DNA of 64,000 nt, from IMG/VR virus record IMGVR_UViG_3300028591_000088; one strand, given 5' to 3'. The DNA comes from a virus. Lineage: Duplodnaviria > Heunggongvirae > Uroviricota > Caudoviricetes. The notes below the pieces were generated by a model. The model ran no database searches. It was not told the origin of the DNA and worked only from the letters and a program-made list of their open reading frames with translations. The stretch's first letter is position 1. Every line of letters begins with the position of its first letter. Both the position numbers and the translations under genes were made by a program. Shown piece by piece: positions 37,757 through 48,123 of this stretch.

Positions 37757-39043
37757 ATGGTAGAGCAGTTGGAATTATTTAAAGCAGTTGATAGAACAAC
37801 TAGACAAGAAGAATGTAGAAAGAAATGGATTCAAAATAAATGCTGTGGAACTATAGTAGCAGCTACTGGTTTCGGTAAAACTAGAGTTGGTCTTAACTGT
37901 GCTGAGACTATCATTAAACACTATCCAAAATTTAGAATACTAGTAGTAGTTCCTACAGATACTTTACAGAAACAATGGACTAAACAACTTGATGAAAGAG
38001 GACTTGGTCTTAATTGTGATGTAATGGTAATAAATACAGCAGTTAAACAAAAAAGACAATATCATATGATTATATTAGATGAAGTACATAGATATGCCTC
38101 AGATGTATTTTCTCTTATATTTAAGCAAGTAGGTTATAAGTATATACTTGGACTTACTGCTACATTTGAGAGATTAGACGGAAAGGAGATATTACTACAG
38201 AAATATGCTCCTGTTATAGATAAGATTACTCTTGAAGATTCCTTATTAAATGGATGGGTATCTCCATATATAGAGTATGAAGTCCTTATTAATGTTGATG
38301 ATATAGACCAATATGAGCAGCTTAATAAAGAATTTACTGAGCATTTTGAGTTCTTTAACTTCGACTTTGATCTTGCTATGGAAATGGTTGGTAAGGATGG
38401 TTGGAAAAAGAGACAAGCTCTAAGAGATAGAATGTGTCCACAAGAAGCCTCAGCATCAGTTCGAAAACAAATGCTATCTAATATTACTTATCATGCTATG
38501 GGTTTTATGAGAGTAATTCAGTCTAGAAAGAAGTTTATAAATGAACATTCTAAAAAGATTGAACTTGCCCGTAAAATTATAGAAGCTCGTAAGGATAAGA
38601 AAATAGTAACATTTTCCAAGAAAGTGAATGTTGCTGAACAAATAGGATATGGGGAAGTTTATACAGGAAAGACCTCTAAGAAAAGAAGTGCTACTATACT
38701 TGAAGATTTCAAGAATAAAAAAGTAGGAGTACTCAACTCTTGTGAAAAGATAAATGAAGGTCTTGATGTTGGTGGATTGTCTGTAGCTATTATCTTAGGA
38801 TTAGATTCTGCAAAGTTAAAGGCAGTTCAACGAGTAGGAAGAGTAATTCGTTATGAACCAGGAAAGCAAGCGGAGATATTTAATCTTATTATTAATAACA
38901 CTGTTGAGACCAAATGGTTTGCAACTGCCCATCCCGATGGGAATTTTAAAGTTATAGATGAGCAAGGTTTAGAAAAAGTATTAAAAGGAGAAGATCCTGG
39001 AGAATATGTCAGACCAGCAACTAAATTCGTATTTAGGTTCTAA
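37757..39043 (+). CDS. superfamily-2 DNA/RNA helicase (DEXH-box)
   Basis: Walker A GFGKTRV. DExH motif ILDEVHRY. Helicase C-terminal motifs, including the arginine finger QRVGRVIR. Confidence 0.75.
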   Translation: MVEQLELFKAVDRTTRQEECRKKWIQNKCCGTIVAATGFGKTRVGLNCAETIIKHYPKFRILVVVPTDTLQKQWTKQLDERGLGLNCDVMVINTAVKQKRQYHMIILDEVHRYASDVFSLIFKQVGYKYILGLTATFERLDGKEILLQKYAPVIDKITLEDSLLNGWVSPYIEYEVLINVDDIDQYEQLNKEFTEHFEFFNFDFDLAMEMVGKDGWKKRQALRDRMCPQEASASVRKQMLSNITYHAMGFMRVIQSRKKFINEHSKKIELARKIIEARKDKKIVTFSKKVNVAEQIGYGEVYTGKTSKKRSATILEDFKNKKVGVLNSCEKINEGLDVGGLSVAIILGLDSAKLKAVQRVGRVIRYEPGKQAEIFNLIINNTVETKWFATAHPDGNFKVIDEQGLEKVLKGEDPGEYVRPATKFVFRF

Positions 39044-39437
39044 CTTTTGGAAAGTATTTTCAGAAGTAACTCTTTCCCTAGCTCTGAACGGACAATGGTT
39101 TTGGAGAGCAAAACTTAGGGATAGTGAATGTAAATTTTCAGATAAATATTTTAAAAGTGCAGCAGATGCTGAACAGAATTTAATAACTTTTCTTAAAAAT
39201 CATGAAGGGCTCAGAAATGGTTGAATTGCTCTTACTTGAGCAAATAGTTACTACTTATCAAGACAAGAGATTTACAGATTTATATGATAAAACCTATAAT
39301 ATGGGAAAGTTATTAAATAGATACACAGAGCTTTCTAAGCTCTTTATGGCACCGTATGTAAAGAATCCCGACTCGGAAGAGTAATCCCTTTTTACAGTGA
39401 AAGATTAGAATATATAAATGCTAATTCTTGAACTGTT

Positions 39438-40055
39438 TTGAACAAATATAATTTAAATATTGATGAGGAGATAGCTGTACTTGAAAAATATCAGCTAACT
39501 CCTGATGAGCTTTTTATAGTTAGATTAATCTTTATTACTAAAGAAGGTTATCCAGAAAATTATCTGTTCAAGTTCTTACAAATAAATGATAATAAATCCA
39601 ACTTTAGAAATAACCTTGAATCTTTACAAGAGAAAGGTATTATTTTAAAGTCTTATAAGATTCCAGCTAAAGGAGAAAGATTTGATCCTGCAGCTATTCC
39701 TTTTAGTAAGAACTTTGAGAATGCTTTATATAGAAGTGCTTTTGATATGGGACAAGAACTCTATGAGGCTTATCCAATGTTTGCTACCATAAATGGAGCA
39801 ACTGTTTCTATAAGAGGAGTATCTAAAAAGTTTGATACTTTGGAGGATGCTTTCCGCTATTATGGTAAACAAATACGTTGGAATCAAGAAACCCATAAGC
39901 ATATACTTGAACTATTAGACTGGGCACAAAATAATACTGCATTTATAAACTTCTCTCTTGCTACATTCCTTATAGATAGGAAGTGGGAAGAAATAGAAGC
40001 TTTAAAGAACGGAGAATTAACTGATATTAACTATAACTCTATGCGCTCTATATGA
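39438..40055 (+). CDS. hypothetical protein
   Basis: 205-aa ORF. Confidence 0.55.
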   Translation: MNKYNLNIDEEIAVLEKYQLTPDELFIVRLIFITKEGYPENYLFKFLQINDNKSNFRNNLESLQEKGIILKSYKIPAKGERFDPAAIPFSKNFENALYRSAFDMGQELYEAYPMFATINGATVSIRGVSKKFDTLEDAFRYYGKQIRWNQETHKHILELLDWAQNNTAFINFSLATFLIDRKWEEIEALKNGELTDINYNSMRSI

Positions 40056-41140
40056 TTACAGAATCAGTATTAGAGCTTATACGACGAGGTCGTGAAGGAC
40101 ATAACCAAGGTATATCTATAGGTATGCCTAAGCTTGAGGGTATAATAGACGGACTTACTCGTTCTACTTATTATCTTCTTTTTGGAGGTACTGGTAGTGG
40201 TAAGACCACTTTTGCTCTTTATTCTTTTATTTATAAACCTCTTGTTCAACATTTAGATGACGACAACCTTCGAGTAATATATTATTCATTGGAGATGTCT
40301 GCTGATATGTTATTCTTAAAACTTCTATGCATGCATATATGGGATGAATATCATATAGAGGTATCTCCTAAGGAATTAATGTCTCGTAAGAAGAATTATA
40401 TTCTAGATGATGATCTTTATAATATAGTACTAGAAGAACAACCTTGGCTTACTAAAATAGAACAGAAAATTACTGTCTATGATAGAGCTTTAAATGCTCA
40501 GGTTCTTTATGCTAATTTACATGCTGAACTTGAAAAAGAGGGTGAGTTTATAAATACTGATAAGAGAATTCTATTTAAACCCAACAATCCTGATAAAATC
40601 ATTCTTGTTTGTATGGATCATATTGGTCTAGTACGTCCAGGTCAAGGTTCCACTTTAAAAAGTGAAATTGACCTATGTAGTAAGTATCTTTTAACATTTA
40701 GAAATATATGTGGTATTAGTCCACTTGTTCTGATGCAAATAAATAGAGATAGTACTTCTACTGATAGACGAAAGCTAGATATGATTGATCTCAAGCTTAG
40801 TGATATTAAGGACAGTGGTAATCCATCACAGGATGCTGAAGTTATATTAGGTATATTATCTCCTCACAGAGAACAGCTTAATAAGTATAAGAAATATGAT
40901 ATTACACAACTTGAAGATAAATTTAGAAGTATTTCTGTACTTAAATCCAGATATGGAGAATCTGAAATTCAAATAGGTTCTGCATTCTATGGTAAAGCTG
41001 GACTATTTAAGGAATTACCAAAAGGTGACCAGATTACTTGTTATGATCCCTATATGGACGTTAGTTATATGTTATCAGATGAAATAACTCAAAATGAAAA
41101 AATAGATGAAAACGTAGTTAATTTAAATTTTACAATGTAA
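40052..41140 (+). CDS. DnaB-like / RecA-fold replicative helicase
   Basis: Walker A GGTGSGKTTFAL. Walker B-like ILVCMDHIGLV. RecA-type core of 362 aa. Followed by a primase gene. Confidence 0.65.
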   Translation: MITESVLELIRRGREGHNQGISIGMPKLEGIIDGLTRSTYYLLFGGTGSGKTTFALYSFIYKPLVQHLDDDNLRVIYYSLEMSADMLFLKLLCMHIWDEYHIEVSPKELMSRKKNYILDDDLYNIVLEEQPWLTKIEQKITVYDRALNAQVLYANLHAELEKEGEFINTDKRILFKPNNPDKIILVCMDHIGLVRPGQGSTLKSEIDLCSKYLLTFRNICGISPLVLMQINRDSTSTDRRKLDMIDLKLSDIKDSGNPSQDAEVILGILSPHREQLNKYKKYDITQLEDKFRSISVLKSRYGESEIQIGSAFYGKAGLFKELPKGDQITCYDPYMDVSYMLSDEITQNEKIDENVVNLNFTM

Positions 41141-41839
41141 ATGGCTGAAATGATAGCAATTGTAGGCGAATCTGGGTCTGGAAAGACCACATCTATTAGA
41201 AACTTGAATCCAGAAGAAACATTTATTATATCTACTACAGGTAAGAGGCCAGGAATTAAGGGTGCTAAAAGAAAGTATCCTGATTTCAAGGTTAATAAGG
41301 AAACAAAAGAAATGTCCGGTAATTTTTATACTTCATCTAATATTGAGTCTATCAAACAAATGATGAAGATAGTTAATGTTAAGATGCCTAATGTTAAGGT
41401 ACTTATTATTGACGATTTCCAGTATTTACAAGCATTCGAAGCAATGTCTAGAGTAGATGAAAAAGGCTATTCTAAATTTACTGATATGGCTAAACATGCT
41501 TATGAAGCATTAAAGACTGGAATGGATATGAGAGATGATCTATTTATAGTAGTGTCTACTCATAGTGAAAATACTGGAGATAATCTTAATCCTTACTTTA
41601 AGATCAAGACTCAAGGTAAAATGCTTGATTCTGTGATTACTTTGGAAGGATTGTTTACTTATGTACTCTTTACTAAAGTAATTAAGGATGAATCCGATGG
41701 AGTAAAATATAAGTTTTTAACTAATTCAGATGGAACCTGCACAGCAAAATCCCCGATGGGACTATTTGAAGATTTACTTATTGACAATGACTTAGATTAT
41801 GTTATTAAGAAAATCACCGAATATAACGAAGGAGAATGA
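41141..41839 (+). CDS. small P-loop ATPase (Sak4-like core RecA or AAA-type)
   Basis: Walker A GESGSGKTTS. Walker B VLIIDDFQ. 232 aa. Confidence 0.5.
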   Translation: MAEMIAIVGESGSGKTTSIRNLNPEETFIISTTGKRPGIKGAKRKYPDFKVNKETKEMSGNFYTSSNIESIKQMMKIVNVKMPNVKVLIIDDFQYLQAFEAMSRVDEKGYSKFTDMAKHAYEALKTGMDMRDDLFIVVSTHSENTGDNLNPYFKIKTQGKMLDSVITLEGLFTYVLFTKVIKDESDGVKYKFLTNSDGTCTAKSPMGLFEDLLIDNDLDYVIKKITEYNEGE

Positions 41840-42423
41840 TTCAGCAATTCAAGGTGTTGTTCACTTATGAACAAGATGACGAAACCGGCGAGGTGAAAGT
41901 AATTAATAGGGAGGTAGTCAATGATAATCTTCCTAAAGCAAAGAAGACCAGCTCTAAGAGCACAAAGAAAGCAGATGAAAATCCTGAACCAGAACTTATT
42001 CTTGAAGATAACAAATATAGTCTAAATACTGCGGCTATAGAGTTATTAGGTGTTGAAGCTGATGACAGAATAGACATTAAATTCGAGAAAAGAGGTAAAG
42101 GTAGAGTTCCAGTTATAGGCAGTAATACTGCTTTTGGAACACAGGGAGGTAATAGATTAACCAAATCCAATACAGTGAGTTATAGAGGTAAGAATCATGA
42201 CACACTTGAGGAGTATGGAACTGTATTCTCGTTTAAAGAGACAGATAAGGAGGGAATCTTCGAATTAGTTGGAGATAAACCTATTCCAGAAGAGAAAGAA
42301 GATGAAAATATCAAGATTGTAGATGATGAAGTAGAAGAAATAGGCCGTCCAGAAGACCTAATAGGTATTACGGAGGGAGATGCTACTGAAGTAAATGCAG
42401 ATGATATCGATTTTAATTTCTAA
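41836..42423 (+). CDS. hypothetical protein with an acidic C-terminal tail (possible SSB-like)
   Basis: C-terminus ...EVNADDIDFNF resembles acidic SSB tails. Located inside the replication module. Confidence 0.3.
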   Translation: MIQQFKVLFTYEQDDETGEVKVINREVVNDNLPKAKKTSSKSTKKADENPEPELILEDNKYSLNTAAIELLGVEADDRIDIKFEKRGKGRVPVIGSNTAFGTQGGNRLTKSNTVSYRGKNHDTLEEYGTVFSFKETDKEGIFELVGDKPIPEEKEDENIKIVDDEVEEIGRPEDLIGITEGDATEVNADDIDFNF

Positions 42424-42436
42424 AATGGTTTAATTT

Positions 42437-43171
42437 ATGGCAGGATTTGTTTTTGGTCCAATTGATAAAGTACAAGCAACAGCTGGTGGTAATCGTCGTC
42501 TTCGTCCTTGGGACATTTATGAGGTAAAGTTTGTAGAGGCTAAGTATGAGACATTTGAAGGTAAAAAGGAAGAGAATAAAGGCCAGATTTATGAGGCATT
42601 AACTGTACGTTTTGAGAATGAAGATGGTTATTATGAGGAGAGAATCTTTAATCCTGGTGAAAAGGGTAATGAAAGATTCAAGAATAAGAATGCGGAAGGG
42701 CATGAATATGAATCAGCTTCTCCAATGGAGAAACTTCGTATTTTTATTGCTCAGATGTTAACTGTTCTTGCTCCTGAAAAGATGCCTAAGATGGTTGAAT
42801 TAGCTCCGAAAGTTACGAGCTTCAAGCAGTTGGTAGAAGTATTTGCCAAGTTGCTGGAAGGAGCTAAAGGTAAAACCACTCATTTAAAGCTGGCTGGTAA
42901 GACTGATTCCAAGACCAATAGAATCGTTCCTTGTCTTCCTAAGTTTGCAGGTGTTAATAAGCAAGGAGAATTATTCACTGCTGATAATTTCATTGGTGAC
43001 AAGTTATTCTTCTCTGCATATGAAGAGGGTAAGCAAAAGGAATATCGTGAAGCTAAGCCCACTGATATGGAGAAGAAGGAGGCTCCTGTAGAAGCTTCTA
43101 TAGATGATCTTCCTAATACTGACGCTCCTCAAGAGGAGATTGATGATTTCGAAGGTCTTCTGAATCAATAA
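42437..43171 (+). CDS. hypothetical protein
   Basis: 244-aa ORF. Confidence 0.55.
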   Translation: MAGFVFGPIDKVQATAGGNRRLRPWDIYEVKFVEAKYETFEGKKEENKGQIYEALTVRFENEDGYYEERIFNPGEKGNERFKNKNAEGHEYESASPMEKLRIFIAQMLTVLAPEKMPKMVELAPKVTSFKQLVEVFAKLLEGAKGKTTHLKLAGKTDSKTNRIVPCLPKFAGVNKQGELFTADNFIGDKLFFSAYEEGKQKEYREAKPTDMEKKEAPVEASIDDLPNTDAPQEEIDDFEGLLNQ

Positions 43172-43183
43172 TACGTTTTTGTC

Positions 43184-43218
43184 TGGCGGAGAGACTTTAT
43201 GGTCTCTCTGCCTTTCAT
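43184..43218 (+). terminator. rho-independent terminator
   Basis: ggcggagagac tttatg gtctctctgcc followed by tttcatttt. Confidence 0.6.
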
Positions 43219-43221
43219 TTT

Positions 43222-44265
43222 ATGAAAAGAATCCTTATATTTAGGTTCTTAATGGAAAATTTTAGCTTTTATATTGAACCGAAAATCACTAAGGATTTTC
43301 TACTTTCGTATAACAAAGAAGAAACCTATATGTCTTTCTATTTAGGTATTCCAATTAAAAAGGGTTTATTCTGTTCTCCTCTCCGTAAAGATAATACTCC
43401 TACTTGTTCATTCTACAGAAATAAACAAGGAGACCTTATATTTAAGGACTTCAATGGTTCCTTTTATGGCAACTTTATTTCTGTAGTAATGTATAAGTAT
43501 GGACTAGGATATGGAGAGGCTTTAAGAACTATAGCTAATGATTTTAATCTTATTAAGACTCCTGGCTATAAGAAACATCAAGGAACAATACGAGAAAATA
43601 TTCCAAGATTTGAAGCCCCAGAAACTTCTTTAATAAGGATAGAAGTTCAAGACTTTCTTCCTAAGGAATTAGAATGGTGGGCTAGTTTTGGAATAACAGA
43701 AAAAATTCTTAGAAAATATCATGTATATTCTTGTAAGAATATCTTTTTAAATGGAACATACTTTATGGCCTCCTCTGAGAGTTGTCCAGCTTATGGATAT
43801 TATGGAGGAAAGGAAGATAATATAGAACTTTGGAGAATATATTTCCCAAAGAAGAAGCAATATAGATTCTTGACTAATTGGAAAGCTAAACAAGTACAGG
43901 GTTATAAACAGTTACCCAAAGAAGGAAAGTTATTGGTTATTACCAAATCTATGAAAGATGTAATGTGTCTTGCAAGTATGGGTATTAAAGCCATTGCTCC
44001 AAATAGTGAGAATCTGTTTTTGACAGATAAAATGCTTGAAGAGTTAAAAAGTCGTTTTACTTATATAGTAGTATTATATGATAATGATCTTCCAGGCATT
44101 TCTAATATGAGAAAGATTAAAAAGGAACACCCAGAACTTAAATATTTTTGGATTCCACGTAAATACGAAGCTAAAGATATTTCTGATTTTAGAAAGAAGT
44201 ATGGGGATAAGAGAACTAGGCAGTTTATTAAAGAAGCTATTATATGGAACTTAGCGAAACTATAG
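43222..44265 (+). CDS. DNA primase (Toprim domain, N-terminal Zn-binding region)
   Basis: Toprim acidic motif VVLYDNDLPG. Upstream LVITKSM...ASMGIKAIAP. N-terminal CSPLRKDNTPTCSFY. Confidence 0.65.
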   Translation: MKRILIFRFLMENFSFYIEPKITKDFLLSYNKEETYMSFYLGIPIKKGLFCSPLRKDNTPTCSFYRNKQGDLIFKDFNGSFYGNFISVVMYKYGLGYGEALRTIANDFNLIKTPGYKKHQGTIRENIPRFEAPETSLIRIEVQDFLPKELEWWASFGITEKILRKYHVYSCKNIFLNGTYFMASSESCPAYGYYGGKEDNIELWRIYFPKKKQYRFLTNWKAKQVQGYKQLPKEGKLLVITKSMKDVMCLASMGIKAIAPNSENLFLTDKMLEELKSRFTYIVVLYDNDLPGISNMRKIKKEHPELKYFWIPRKYEAKDISDFRKKYGDKRTRQFIKEAIIWNLAKL

Positions 44266-45358
44266 AGTTAATGCAAAGTCATAAGAACAGATTTATAACA
44301 GAGGATATTGTATTATGAAAAAGTAGGAATTGAATACTTCGTGTAAGGCTACTTTTAAAGATGGCACTACTAAAGACTTCGCTTCCATTGAAGAAGCGTC
44401 ACAGGAAACAGGACTTACTGTTGCAGCAATTAAAATTAGATGTAATAAGCCAGGATGTGGAGGAAAAGACAAGACTACATTCGAATGGTTAGATGAACAT
44501 ACAAGACGTTCCTATCAAGCAAAGAAATCACGTAGTAAAGGAGCTTCTTGGGAACGGGAAGTTATTAATAAGTTAAAAGAAATAGGATTTACTGGGTGTG
44601 TAACTTCTAGAGGAGAATCTAAAAAAGTTGACAATAATAAAATTGATATTATAGATACTGAAGGAAAGTTACCTATTAATATTCAGTGCAAGCAATACCA
44701 AAATACACCATCTTATTTTACTATAAGAGATGCATGTACTGATAAATCAAAACCTTTTGTAGTAATGTGGAAGAAATCTCCAGAAGGCGGGGAAAATAGC
44801 AAGGGAGCTATTGCAATGGTAGATGCTGATTATTTCTATTATCTTTTATCTTTAACAAAAAAATGAGCAATTATGTCTATGCTGAGGCTTATGACGAGAA
44901 TGTCATAAAAACTATTTCTGCTAGTTCTTTAGCAAATGCAGAAGAAAGAATTATTGAAAAACTTAGAGATGAATATGAAATTGATAGAGAATTTACCAAT
45001 TATCATGAATTTAAAAACTATATGTGGGAGGAATTTGAAGTTCTAGTATCTACCCCACAAGATATAGAAGCTCTATGAGAATATATAAAGTAATTAAAAA
45101 AGAGGAAAGTCCTACCATTTCACTTAATAAGGTGAGTATGGAAGATGGGTTCTTAATTGTTATGTCCGATAGTGAAGCAGTTGGAATAATTGTCTACGAT
45201 AATTGTGAAGCGAAATACCTAATGATTACGGAATTTATTGACAGCTTCCAAAGCGGAATTGATCCTCGTTATTGTAATGAGAATCTTGAGAAGTTAATGG
45301 AAGAAATCAAAAGTGATTATGTAGATCCAGTGGAATTCAGCTTTATAAAAGTGGAGAA

Positions 45359-45874
45359 ATGAGAATAGGGCTTGATCTTGATGGAACTGTAGATGATTTC
45401 TGGAATCCCTATATAAAGAGATTTGGACATCCAAAGAAGGATTCTGAGATAACGAAAAACGTTCAACGTGTACTTAGTAAAGATAAAGAATTTTGGCTTA
45501 GCCTTCCTGTACTTAGAACTATAGATTTTATTCCAGAATTGTATTGTACTAAACGAGTAAATCCTAAGCAATGGACTCGTAAATGGTTAATAGAGAATGG
45601 TTTTCCTAATCGTCCTATTTATCAAATGTATTATCAGCACGGAAATAAAGCTACTCTAATTAAAGGACGTATAGATGTCTTTGTTGACGATTCAATCTCT
45701 AACTTTATAAAGTTGAACTTATCTGGAGTTCCATGTCTTCTTATAGACCAACCTGATAATCAAGAATGGGGACCAATAGGAAGAATTTATACTCTTAATA
45801 AAAAGGAAATACTAGATGCATATAACTTACTTTTAGATACTGGTATGTTTGATAACTTTAAAAATCTCTTATGA
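45359..45874 (+). CDS. HAD-superfamily 5'(3')-deoxyribonucleotidase-like
   Basis: N-terminal MRIGLDLDGTVDDF (DxDGT motif) and a later VFVDDS. Confidence 0.65.
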   Translation: MRIGLDLDGTVDDFWNPYIKRFGHPKKDSEITKNVQRVLSKDKEFWLSLPVLRTIDFIPELYCTKRVNPKQWTRKWLIENGFPNRPIYQMYYQHGNKATLIKGRIDVFVDDSISNFIKLNLSGVPCLLIDQPDNQEWGPIGRIYTLNKKEILDAYNLLLDTGMFDNFKNLL

Positions 45875-46938
45875 TTGATATCTATAAGTTAGTCACTTTA
45901 AAGCCCCTAACAGACACTATCAAAGTAGAGGATATATCAGACTCAGTCTATTTCTCTAAAGCTTATAGTAATTATATAAGTAATTCTCGGCTTAAACTTA
46001 TAAATCCCGATGAAGGTGGCAGTCCATCTAAATTTTTTGAAGGACTAAACAATAATAAAATATATTCAGATGCTCTCATATTTGGAAGTGCAGTACATGA
46101 ACTTACACTACAACCTAATGACTTTGTCCTTACTAATGTGGATAGGCCTACAGCAAAAGCTGGATTTATGGCTGACTATATATATGACAATTATATAGGT
46201 GCTTGTGGAGATAATGTAGGTGAAGTAATAGATGCTCTTACAGATTCTATATTTATAGAAGCTTCTAATGAAATAGACTATTATAAAGGCAAGATGAATG
46301 CAGAAAAGATTAAAGCTCTAATAGAAAAGTGTGAGCAATATTGGATTGATAGAGCTTTATATGAGGATGATTATGAAGGTCCAACTCCTATTTATCTTCC
46401 ATCTAAAATGAGAGAACAACTTAATGCTGTTCTTGAAGCCTTTAATAATAATAAGAAGTTTGAAGAACTTTTACACCCAAAAGGGATTCTTGAAGATCCA
46501 ATTTCTAAAAATGAGACTACAATACTTATGGATATGGAGTATACTGTAGATTTACCAGATGGTAAGAAAGAAGGTATTCTTCATTTAAAATCCAAACTAG
46601 ATAATTTTACTATTGATAATGAAAATAACACTATAACGGTGAATGATGTAAAGACTACAGGTAAATATGTAACAGAATTTGCCAATGGAGCCTTTAATTT
46701 CTTTCATTATTATAGAGAACTTGGTATGTATACATGGTTGCTGAGGCATGCTGCTGCTAAGTTCTGGGATATACATAATCCTACTATAAAGAGTAATTGC
46801 CTTGTAGTAGAGACCTTTCCAGGTTATTTTACAAAGACCTATGAACTCACTAAAATGGACCTATTAAGAGGTATGCAAGAGTTCGGTTGGTTATTAAGAC
46901 AAGTAGCTTACTATGAAGCTAAGTTACAAAGAACTTGA
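45871..46938 (+). CDS. hypothetical protein
   Basis: 355-aa ORF. Confidence 0.55.
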   Translation: MIDIYKLVTLKPLTDTIKVEDISDSVYFSKAYSNYISNSRLKLINPDEGGSPSKFFEGLNNNKIYSDALIFGSAVHELTLQPNDFVLTNVDRPTAKAGFMADYIYDNYIGACGDNVGEVIDALTDSIFIEASNEIDYYKGKMNAEKIKALIEKCEQYWIDRALYEDDYEGPTPIYLPSKMREQLNAVLEAFNNNKKFEELLHPKGILEDPISKNETTILMDMEYTVDLPDGKKEGILHLKSKLDNFTIDNENNTITVNDVKTTGKYVTEFANGAFNFFHYYRELGMYTWLLRHAAAKFWDIHNPTIKSNCLVVETFPGYFTKTYELTKMDLLRGMQEFGWLLRQVAYYEAKLQRT

Positions 46939-47469
46939 AGCAATTTTCGCTCAATATTTCAGCTTAGGCAATTTAAATATCAATATTAATAACAAGTTTG
47001 CACTTATATCTTTAATCTGTTATATTACAACTTCTATGCAAAAAAAGCAACCAGATGTTACTTACTATCAAGTAGTATATAAAATCTGTGATAAGCTTGG
47101 TATGCAAGAAGACTTTATAAAAGGATTAGCTGTTATGTGTGAAAGTTTTGGATATGGTTGTAAAGACTTTCCAACTTTCAACATAGCTCCGAAAGATATG
47201 GTTAAAACTTGTCGTGATATATTGGAAACTTATATGCCTTTCTAAAGGTTCAGACAGATTGTTAAAAATTGTAAAATTTTATCATTCTGTTTGTATTAGA
47301 TAAACGAAGTTATTAGATTTGTTTCAGTTCCGTTAAGAATAACGGAATTCAGATTATTTGAAGTTTTTAGATTATTTAACATTCATTTAGTTGTCCAGAA
47401 GGATAAGCAAATGTATATTTGATTAGATGAAGATGAATAATACGTAAAAATGTTAAAACTATTTGAATT

Positions 47470-48018
47470 ATGGAAACAAAAATTATTAATTTCAAGAAAC
47501 TAGAAGTTACAGGTGCTACTAAAGAAGAGGCTCTAGCAAAGGCTCCATTCCAGATTATCGGTGATGCTACTCAGGCTTTCAAGAATTGGAAGAAGAAACA
47601 AACTGAGGGTGTAACAGACGCTAAGATTAAAGAGTTCGCTCTTGACTACATTCAGAAGAAGGCTAAGTCAGCTGCTGGTGTAGGTTTTTCAGTAACTGTT
47701 GAATCAGCAGTAGCTGATACAAGAGAGCGTCCTTACAAGATTAACGATGTTAAGAATGAGAAGGGAAAGAGAAAGTACGTTACTACATATGAGCTTGTTG
47801 ATGATACAACAGGTGAAGTAGTAGGTATGACTCAGGAGACTAAAGCTGTTGCTAAGGAGATGGCTAAGGAACTTTACAAGAAGGGCTTTAAACACCCAAT
47901 TACTTGTAAGTACACTAAGCAAGTACTTGATGGAGAGCCAATTGCTTTCACAGCAGAGTATACTCCTTCAAAGAGTTCTAAGGTAGGTACCTATATGGTA
48001 TTTGGTGTGGAGGCTTAA
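47470..48018 (+). CDS. hypothetical protein
   Basis: 182-aa ORF preceded by a 220-nt AT-rich intergenic region. Confidence 0.55.
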   Translation: METKIINFKKLEVTGATKEEALAKAPFQIIGDATQAFKNWKKKQTEGVTDAKIKEFALDYIQKKAKSAAGVGFSVTVESAVADTRERPYKINDVKNEKGKRKYVTTYELVDDTTGEVVGMTQETKAVAKEMAKELYKKGFKHPITCKYTKQVLDGEPIAFTAEYTPSKSSKVGTYMVFGVEA

Positions 48019-48123
48019 TCTGCACAAGTAACTTCTAACATATGAGTTTTCAGTTGGGAGTTCGGACTTAATCGGTTCGGACTCCCATTTTTTTTTTCTA
48101 ATCCAACAGTGGAAACTGTCTAA

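Noticed and set aside
41836-42423. Calling this ORF a single-stranded DNA-binding protein.
   Set aside because: Only the acidic C-terminal tail (DDIDFNF) and the genomic context support it. I could not see an OB-fold signature by eye, so I left it as hypothetical with a low-confidence note.
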